Assembly: GCA_040954595.2 (NCBI GenBank)
Contig: CM082592.2
Span: 6,004,308 to 6,068,307 of the forward strand
Origin: Balanoglossus misakiensis
Lineage: Eukaryota; Animalia; Hemichordata
Direction: 5' to 3'
DNA length: 64,000 nucleotides
Shown here: piece by piece, positions 54,501 to 64,000 of the stretch
Numbering within the stretch: the stretch's first letter is position 1
Layout of the letters: each line of letters begins with the position of its first letter
Program-made: the position numbers and the translations under genes
The notes under the pieces: model-generated
Databases searched by the model: none
What the model was told of the DNA's origin: nothing
Seen by the model: only the letters and a program-made list of their open reading frames with translations

Positions 54501-56412
54501 AGTAAAACAGATTTCAATGCTGGTATGAGTAAACTTGACAAACGGTGAAATTCACTCAAAATTCTAGACTAGTCCAATATAATATACAGAATAAAAACGA
54601 AAATTATACAATTAACATCATTCCAGAATAGGGAAATAGTGGAAGAGGTCATGAATATTTGCTTATGTTACAATGGAAGATTGTATGGGAAATGTATTGT
54701 AATAGTTTTTTATTGTGCATCTATATATCCTACATAATTATGTTTAAGTATAGGCTATACAGCAATGACATGTCAATTTTGGAGAAAATTTCCCTTTCAT
54801 TTCAGTGAAACAACCTGGCAGTCATTTTCAAGATTTCTTGCAGACAACTTCTGCAAATTGACACTGGAAAGAAAAAAATATTATCAAGTTATGATTTCTT
54901 TGGAGATTGTTAACTCAAAGTAGACATTGATTTTAATGGTTTTATATCAAATGCTGATTTTCGAAGATGTTCTTTTCCATTGAATTCTCACTTGTAAATT
55001 ACCTAATAAATTTATTTGATTAGATTATGTAGTTAGAGCTCCAAAAGGCATGCAATTTTTCTCTTTATTTGGAACATGCATTATTACAGAGTTGTAAAGT
55101 AGAAATATAAAATGGAATATGCCAAAGTATGGCTATTGATTTTATTCATATGAACATTACAACTTCAATCAGTCCCACGTAAAAGTCATTCACAAAATTG
55201 AATGGGTAGTTTTATAACCTCTGAAAGGCAGTGATTGTTCGCCATTGAATTACACAAGAAAGTAATTTCTCTTGGAGAATTTGGCTCACCAGTTGGCCTC
55301 TTGAGATGCAATTTCAAACACTTTTCTCAGAGAATAAAACGTTTGGAGTTCTATGTGCTTATAGAATTGATGTGTAAAGTGTAAATTAAGTAACAGGAAT
55401 CTTTCCAGAAGTTGAGTGCACATTTTGTGCAATAAAGTACTGCTGTGGTAGGAGTCAAGATTTCCTTAATTTGATTTTGGCATTCAACAATTTCATCCCA
55501 CGCTCTATATTAGCATAACGGCATATTTACAAAAGATGAAGAGGAGAAAAAAATATAATTTGAATGGATTGATGCAATGGCAGGTTCTGATCAGATCTCT
55601 CATGACAAAATGCATGTTTTCGTACGGTACCATAGTCTGACTTGAGATTCTGAATAATTTACTGCACAAAAATCCATGGAATGAACTAGATCTCCCAGCT
55701 TAGATCCGCCAGCTTAACTCTGCCGACTAAAACTCGCCACTTTCATCTCATTTGATGTCTCCAGTGAGATTTCTACATTCATCCCTAGCCTGTGGCATCC
55801 TTTCAGTCCGTTGGACTTGTAATCGCATGGCACCGAATTTCCCCGCACTCAGAAGGCAAATTTAACCGTCACGACAGGGCAGGCAATTGGAATTTTTACG
55901 TATCCATGTTTCCCTTGACAACGTAACAAAGTCCCGCACACAGAATGTTGCTTTTATTCCGGGGTTAGCGCGTTATCTCCCCGGGGTATAATTTTGATTA
56001 ATGAAGTGTACAGCGGTGTGAACAAGATGACTGGGGAAAAAAACATGGATTCCTAGAAAGTCATCTCTATATATAATAGGATCACACCACTGCACAGGCA
56101 GTTCCATCAAGTCATAATTGCCATTGAATGCCATTTACACATATTTGACATTTTTTGTGAATAATACATGTACAGAGTCTGGATGGCACAACCAATAGAA
56201 ATGGCTATAGTCACTGATAGGAACTGGGTATATCATTTCAGCACATACGAACCTTAGTATACATTTCAGACTCACTGGATTTTTTGCATTATTCAGTTTG
56301 TTTAATTAATTAATTCTCTGAACACGTCTGTGAAATGACATCTTTGGGTTCATGAAACTTGCCGCCAGCTTTTCTTTATTTATTTATATCCATGATATTC
56401 TTCACCCAAGAA

Positions 56413-57384
56413 CTAATCATATTTCTCCACCTTATGAGCATCTAGATAACCCATCTTGCAAATTGCCTTGTACTGGTCCGGGATTTCCATAAGCGCGTTC
56501 AAGGCAAAGGCCGGCTCGGCGTACTTGGCCTTGGCGCACACTTTGTGGAAGTTCACAAACTGGAAGTTGTCGAACTTCCGACTGGGCAGCATGTCGTCGT
56601 ACTGCTCCATTGTAGTCCAGGGGCCGTCGCCGACGCCGACGACGATGATGCTCAGTGCATAGTTGGACGCCGCCACGATGGCGTCGATGGTCGGCTGCTG
56701 GTTCTTGAGTTGTCCGTCGGAGACGATCAGCAGCAGGTGGTAGAGGTTCGTCTTCTTGACCGTCTCTATCGCCTTGTTGATGATTGGCGCGAGGCTGGTC
56801 GGCCCGCTCAGCGACACTCGCGAGGCCACATCGTTGTACTGCTGTAAGACTTCCCCGAATCCTTTACACGGATAACCGCTGGACTTCAGAGGAAATATGT
56901 CCGTATTTTTGGTGACCAAATCACCGAATCCATATGCAGGGATCAGATTGTCACTGTCAAACTTCTCCAGCGTTCCGCCGATGATCGCAATCACCTTCTG
57001 GTACGGGTTGACGATCTTCTGCCCGGACAAGTGGTGCAGACACTTGTTGCTGAACGTCTTGCGTCCCTGCCACTCGTTGCTGGCCGTGAAGTCGATGCCG
57101 ACCATCAGCTGCCACGTCTGGAGGCCCGCCTTCTTCATCGCCTTGACGATCTGCTCGAAGCTGCTGAACCGGTCGGTGAACGTGGTGAAGTTGGACACCT
57201 CCTCGTGCGAGAGGCCGAGCGAGGCGAACAGGCTGGTGTCCTTGTACACCATCTCTTGCCGCGACACCTGGGCGTCGTCGTCGTCCTCGACAACCAGCCG
57301 GCGTTCCCGCTGCTCTTTCTGGTACTGCAGGAAGATCACGACGTAAGTCGTCCACGCACAGATGAAGAGGATCACGTCCCACAT
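56413..57384 (-). CDS. Atypical copine: N-terminal hydrophobic anchor plus copine vWA domain, no C2 or RING domain (323 aa, single coding exon)
   Basis: LMVGIDFTASNEWQG, NPYQKVI, IPAYGFGD, LSGPTSLAPII, LLLIVSDG, ALSIIVVGVGDGPW, RKFDNFQFV, ALMEIPDQY are copine/RGLG vWA motifs. A splice acceptor at 57427-57428 is followed by an in-frame TGA before the ATG, so upstream exons are untranslated. Confidence 0.9.
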   Translation of the reverse strand: MWDVILFICAWTTYVVIFLQYQKEQRERRLVVEDDDDAQVSRQEMVYKDTSLFASLGLSHEEVSNFTTFTDRFSSFEQIVKAMKKAGLQTWQLMVGIDFTASNEWQGRKTFSNKCLHHLSGQKIVNPYQKVIAIIGGTLEKFDSDNLIPAYGFGDLVTKNTDIFPLKSSGYPCKGFGEVLQQYNDVASRVSLSGPTSLAPIINKAIETVKKTNLYHLLLIVSDGQLKNQQPTIDAIVAASNYALSIIVVGVGDGPWTTMEQYDDMLPSRKFDNFQFVNFHKVCAKAKYAEPAFALNALMEIPDQYKAICKMGYLDAHKVEKYD

Positions 57385-60300
57385 CCTGATTTCAACAAAT
57401 ATCCAAACAGCTAGAAGTCGTCACCGCTGAAAATAAGAAGAAAACACTTTCTAATTAGAAATTAATAACAAGATAAAGTAAACATTTTGTCAAAGAGAAT
57501 TAAGACATATATAGTAATTACTCCAAGTTCATATCATAGGCTTAAATAAATGATGCCTAAGTAGTACACTTAACAAGACTTACCATTTTACTTTTAAACA
57601 GTATGTCTGTTCAATATGATTACACATTTTCTATATAATAACGCAAGAATATTTTTTCAGTCACATAGTTGGATGATGACCTACAGGTATATACCCTTGC
57701 TTGTTGATTCCATCAGCAGTCTAATAACACTAAAACGTCAACTCGCCGCGGTAACGGCAATAAAGCATTATCAGTCAACTCATCTGTCATTGTGGCATTA
57801 TCAGCTCTCAGGTGTTACAATGATTGTGAGTGTGCTGGGTGATACAAGTTGAGATTAGATTGACATTTTATCGATGTATCAAGGGTAATATTTATGCCTA
57901 CCACAATATGTAAACCACATACGAGAACATCTGCCTGTTGTGTGAATTGAATTCATAACCAAGAGCTGACAAGAGAAATTCACTGTTCCAGCATGATTTA
58001 CAATCTCCCTGAATGGAATATATTGATGAAATAATATCTAACTCAATTCTTTGAATATTCTTATAAACTAGGGTCTTGTATCACTGTTTATTGAATATTC
58101 AAGCAAATCCTTTTCCATCGAAAAGTTCATAAAGTTAATTAAATAGCTTAAAGGCCCAGCTTTATGCATTTTAGTATTTTTGTTTGTCGAACATTTAACT
58201 GAATTCTATATTAATTCTATTGGCGAGTTATGCATTGAAAGAAATCAATTTACATTTGGGTGATGTCCTTGCATAGTTGCAATATTCGTCCCTTAATTGT
58301 AATCGCACTAATAAGGCATGCAGGATGTTGAACCCCATTGGAGCTTAATTTTCATGGTTTAATTGCTAATTAGCACGGTCACTATTCTGCTAGCAGCATT
58401 GTGCACTTGGTATTTACGTAATAACTGATCTGGTTTCACCATCTGTTTCGCGACTGCTGTTTAAATACACCAATCAAACCTGTACCTCAGAATGCATTAC
58501 AAAATATGCCATTTTCATGCAATCATGCTTGAGTGGCTGCAATTGGTATGAAACCAAACTTTGCTCGCGGATTAGGGTTTTTGGAGTCATACGTTGAATC
58601 ATGCGATTACCTTGGCAACCGAAAATACATAATTTACCTGTCTAGCTGAACAGCAGACAGAATTTTTTTTTTTTATGAATAAATAGTTACACTGTGGTGA
58701 TGAAAAGAATACAAATAGTATGCTATTTGCTTGATTATGCAGTCAAGGTGGTTTGCTCTGTATTTCAAGGACACAATTGTCTGTCTGGAATGTAACAAAT
58801 TGTAGAAAGTATTCAACAAATTAACAGTGACAAGAGAAACTGGCATGACAGGTACTTAATTCCTGGACCTCTACAATTTCCAAAGCTCAAGAATCCATAA
58901 AAGTATGAAAGGCTGGATCATCATTGTTCTGAGTTAAAGTATTAGTCAAATTAAAGGATCTTAATTATTTTCTGAAAGGGCTATAACGTATTGACAGGGA
59001 ACATACCTTACTCAGAAGATGAGACTGCGGTGATAGCTCGACTGAAGAAATGCTACTTAGAAATCAAGACATGCGGTTGATTGTCCTTTTATGCTACGTA
59101 CACTATTGGTTCCAGGAATTACTGCCTGTGCATTTGCAGGCACACGACTGAAGGTAATATAACAGCAGTTTTAAAGCATTATATTTATAACGAACATATG
59201 TCATTGTGGTTTTTAAAAACAGGTTAGCTTTAACTTCTAAGATTAACTATTTCAGGCAGATGTTCAGTGAAGGTTGAGCTAGACTGAGAACTCTTCTCAG
59301 CCATCTTTTGATATACACATGTATTTAAATTATTTTTAGTGTCAACGCATGCTATATGGACCTGTTATGATTCTATTAACTCACAAAATTAACTTTGATG
59401 CAGCATTAACACTAATTGCATTGATATTTGGTATAGTGTCTGTATGGACATGACATCATTGTGTTGATGTTTTACCTTCCATACTGTCACCATGGAAACA
59501 GCAAACTTCTCTTCTGCTAAGTAATCATCTCTCAAAGATGTTCTGTTTGAATTTTAATCACGGAATATTTTAATTTCATTACAATGAAAGCTATGATGTA
59601 ATGAAATGGATTAAAAGCCCAATCTGCAAACAGTCAATACAATTACCAAATGCTTTTTTGTTTGTTTTTTAAAAAAAATGAATACACTTTCAAAGTGGAC
59701 AGTAGTTGTCAGGGGTAGTACTTTGCATAAATTTGCATAGGGAAACAGTCACATCTCCGCGTTAGGCTTTATGTAAGGAGCTTAACTTGATACACTGCGA
59801 GGAAAATATAACCTTTAAAATCGGAAATCATGCACATGGTCCCGAGTCAGTGCTCAGTATAATGATGTGCATAAACATTTTCCCTTGTTTTTCCCTTCAT
59901 GAACGCAGTTTCCAAATATGGTAATATTACAAGTCAAAACCTTCCTATTCGAATATTTAATCACAATTTCAGTGAGAATGGTTGATCCGTGAAGAAACTA
60001 ATGTTACAACAGAAAGATGAGTTTGTGAAAAAGTGCAAGGCAGCTATAAATATTTATGCCAATATTCTTAATGGAGGCTGGAGGTCATTTTCTTTTCTCA
60101 ATTAATTACCCTGCAGTGGAAGAGACACTGTTGAAATGTTTATCTCTAAAAGCCAGCCAACAGCGTTGATTATAGACCATGCATCAATCATGCATGCAAG
60201 TTCATACTTCAGTGATCACTTTCATGTTGTGTTTTAATTTCTTTAATATACAACCGCGATCAGATCTAAAAATAGAAATGCTTTATGGGTAAAAAAGGCG

Positions 60301-63300
60301 TAAAGATTTCAACCTGCAGCTTGATTATAGAAACAGAATAACATGAATTTACTGTTGAAGTGTGAATTGCACCATGCTATATCACCTAGGCCTAGCTTCT
60401 CAGTGCACAAAGAGACAAATTATTAGCTGAATCATCATGTACAAACAACAGTGCAATTATTTTCTCAGGGTCTGTAAATGCTGCAGGCCGGCTATTGATC
60501 TGGAACACTACTTAACGTGAACAACACAATGAAGATTTGACTGCTGGATAATTTTAAAAAAACATATCCCACAGTGGGAGATACATGGAGAACCTTTTAC
60601 TGATACTACAGGTGAAAGGTTGGCCGAGTCTGATGATAAATACTCAACGTGATATCAGCATGTGTGATTATGGAGCGGTTTTTTTTTGTGCAGTGAAAGG
60701 CTTCTGTAATCAAAGTTTCAGATTGACGTACTGTACCGGTACTGTACTGTCACAAGTTGGTATTAGTAGCCAACACTGTAGTCTAGTCATCACACTGCAT
60801 AATAATTCAGTTACTGCTTACTCTAAGATTAACTGCGGCAAGCTCAATTCACTCACTGTAACATTGTCAGGTATTTTTTTCAGTATTTTCTTTTGAGTTT
60901 CTAGTCCAAATCCCCAGAGTATGATGAAAATGCCCTGTTTTAGCAATTACCCCGTATTGCAACCCTACATTCAGATTAAAGAAAACAGAAAAGTCAAGAT
61001 CAATTCATATCATCCGAATTTCTGATTAGAATTCTTGCTGTGCTGCGAAAACCATTAGCACCTATAGCCTTGAGCATTAACTAACTGTGAAGTCTAACCG
61101 TTAAAAGTCAGTTAATGGTGGAAATCTTCACTCCCGTAATGCTAGTCGACAAAAGACCTTTGATGTTGACAGATGAAGTTTTTAAAGAGAGTACATGAAG
61201 GCCATATCAATACCTTGGCATCATACTGTCATTATTGAACTTCATTTGTTACCCATTAGCTGTGGCTGCAGTGGCTTTGTAAGAAATTTTGTTCTGCATG
61301 ATGACTGATCAACCCCATTAGCCTGTACAAGCTTATTACAATGACTGTTGTTGGCCGTTGATTTCAAGTCCGGACTTGAATTTAGATTTAGACCTGTTCT
61401 ATTTCACATTGGCTAGCTGACAAGAAATTCAACCAGTCACATAAAATGAAGCTTGGAAATCAGTACTTTAAGAATTCTTGTACATGTACGGCATTTTATG
61501 AAAAAGGCAAATGTCGATCATCGGGCTCCAATTTCTTCTTTCTCCATACCTGAATACAATTGCTGTCCCAGAGCTGAAGACAGAACATTAAGGGGAAAAA
61601 AAACCTTGCGTCTGAAATACAACACTCAGCAACTAATTCCCTGCAGCGTATGAGTTGTCATGCTGTGTGACTGCCTGTCTTTTCAGAGACATGCACTCAC
61701 CGTCCCAAATTCACTGAAAAGTCCTTCAAAAGATCAAGAAGACTCAAAGTGATAGTATTATCTGTACAAATATCTCATTTCACAGAATCCACTAATGACC
61801 CACTGTCAGTGCACCAGTGCGACTTTAATGCTCTGATCTTCAATCTGATTATCAAAGAGGGAGTAGGACACAGTTTTTTTCCTTCCAATCTTCTAGATCT
61901 GAACGTAACCTTTGCATCCCTTGCCAATATATTCATGCAGTTCTGAATAAACTATTTCACATTATGAGTCATCTTCAATATTTGCAACAGCAGTTATCAA
62001 GGGTATCGTTTTCTTTTTCAATTGAGGTGGGGACTATATTTTTTGCTTCCATATAAGAAGCTATTTATAAGGTGAAGGTGAAGCGTACGTGTGGGCTGGC
62101 ATTTTCAATCTTGTCAGAAATTTGTCTGCTAGTAGCTGTTGATCGTTTCTGTGCAAATGATTACTTTATTGAGGTTATGAAAACTACACACGTTCACACC
62201 GACTACAAAATGGCAGATGTGGTCAGTGAAAAGGCACCCTTGATAAATTTTGATTAAACAGCATTCACTGTGTATACAGTCAGAAAAAAAAACCTCCGGC
62301 TTTAAGACTTGATTGGCATGCACGGTGACAACTACAGCCGATAGACTTTGCCAGTTATGTAAATTTACCTAAATTAACTGCGCCTTCATATTAAGATGAC
62401 ATCGCAAGCTTATGGTGATTTAAGCTCTGATCAGCTGGTCCAATATGTTCAATAAATGAGAAACATTGAAGCTGCCTCTCGACTGCTTCTAATATTGTGA
62501 AACATTGATTTTTATGAGTGATGCGTAAAATCTAATCTAGATTCTTGGTAATAACAGGAGAATAGGGGAATAAAATGTGATTTTCCTTTTCAAGCTTTGC
62601 AATTCCTAATACAACACTGAACTGGGTTGGAGAAAATATATCGCCCACGAAACAATCAATTGACTAATTTGCCAGCTGTGAAAATTATTCGTTCAATGCA
62701 AAATCAGGGCCATATGTACAAACATAAATTTACACGCTACTTGTTATCGCAGTTACAATTTTATTTTTGTTACCTGTAATAAAAATGTTATACATCCCTG
62801 CAGAAAGAAAGTTTCACCCTACAAAACCATTTTTCTTTGTTGCTTTACACATAACATTTTTATCCCTGTGCATACCTTTATGAGTTTTACAATTCTACTA
62901 AAGTATGACTGTATGATATATCATAGTTGACATTGCATGGAAAGTGGTGAAAATCCCCAGGAATATTTTTATAATTCTGTCAGATCTGGCAATCAATGAC
63001 ACTTATACCCCAGGGCCATATCCTCCAGTATCATGTAGAGTGCACTAACACATTTCAAGTAGATGAGATCATCTGCACACAAGAGTGAAGCGCTTACTAA
63101 TGCTAGAAAGACTATAAGCATGCAGGGAGATGCACTGTAAGAAAATGAACTCTTAATGACCCACAAGTGAGCATGTTTCAGTTAGTAGAACATAAAATAT
63201 TCAAATGAAACGAAAATGAAGAAATTATTCAAAATGATAACACTGTCTCTCTGAACACTGTACACTGACAGAATCAATACCTACATAGTATTTTACCGAA

Positions 63301-63347
63301 AAAAATGAAAACATAACTGGATAGGGGAAAAAAGAATCAAACTTTAC

Positions 63348-63509
63348 CTGCTTTTCTCGTCCCGTTCCTTCGTTGCTGTGTTTATAATTTCTTAAAATTA
63401 GTGAATTTCACCAAATCGTGTTGATTGAAGGAGTTTCATCTTGGAAGCTTAGCATTTGCTGTCACTGCACCATCGTCCTCTGTGGCGCCCGTATTCCGCA
63501 CTGAATGAT
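63348..63509 (-). other. Possible upstream non-coding exon of the copine-like gene
   Basis: On the minus strand, a CAG acceptor and CAG|GTAAAG donor flank a slightly GC-richer 162-nt block with stops in all three frames. Confidence 0.25.
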
Positions 63510-64000
63510 CTGTCGTGACAAATATACACACTTAGTCTTATCGTATGAATAAGAAGATTACAGGCAACCGGGACAAACCATTCACGGACACGGGGTATAG
63601 CCAGGGACTACAATCATTAAATATTCAGTCATATATGAGTGGCACTGTTGGAGGTTAAAAGGCATTAACCTCTGATAATGTTGTTGTCAATTACACTGAT
63701 GTCTCTCTTCCCTGAATATTAATCATACTTTACCTGATGATCAAAATTGGTTATTTTAGTCGACACTATTACACACACAAAAAGACACACTATGACGTTT
63801 TTATTATTTAACACCACATTGAATTTTTCCTGTGTCGAAATTGAAATTATTCCATCTTTCATAATTTCTTCTTTCCTACATCTTACCCTGGTTTCAGTTT
63901 CGCTGCACTTTTTAACTCTAGGTCAGTTACAAATGTTAAAAACATTCTCAGTGATGATTTATTATACGTTTGCAATATAAACACACATATCCTCACTAAT

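Noticed and set aside
56456-57414. Overlapping ORFs across the copine gene (similar ones overlap the ZDHHC last exon and TEKT1 exons)
   Set aside because: Same shadow-ORF effect opposite real coding exons.

Overview
Eukaryotic, intron-rich, AT-rich genomic DNA from a bilaterian animal, probably a marine invertebrate (species not determinable from sequence alone). It has GT-AG, GC-AG and U12-type introns, and no prokaryotic features, CRISPR arrays or rRNA/tRNA genes were seen. Ten protein-coding genes were reconstructed by hand-splicing: ZDHHC5/8-type palmitoyltransferase (-), a myristoylated TLDc protein of EAK-7/MEAK7 type (+), PIGL (+), CENPV (-), an unidentified Myb/SANT-like gene (+), RMND1 (+), an intronless single-cysteine-cluster Toll-like receptor (+) nested in the same orientation inside an RMND1 intron, TEKT1 (-), SLC25A1 (+) and a membrane-anchored vWA-only copine (-). 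Three gene pairs are head-to-head on short shared upstream regions. The most unusual feature is the sense-strand nested TLR. It has a non-canonical TIR BB loop, immune-type promoter motifs and a candidate splice acceptor in frame with the upstream RMND1 exons. Other points are a U12 intron, a GC-AG intron, three structurally well-defined non-autonomous transposons, apparent deep synteny with human 17p and 22q11, and a recurrent CTCF-like motif at gene boundaries.
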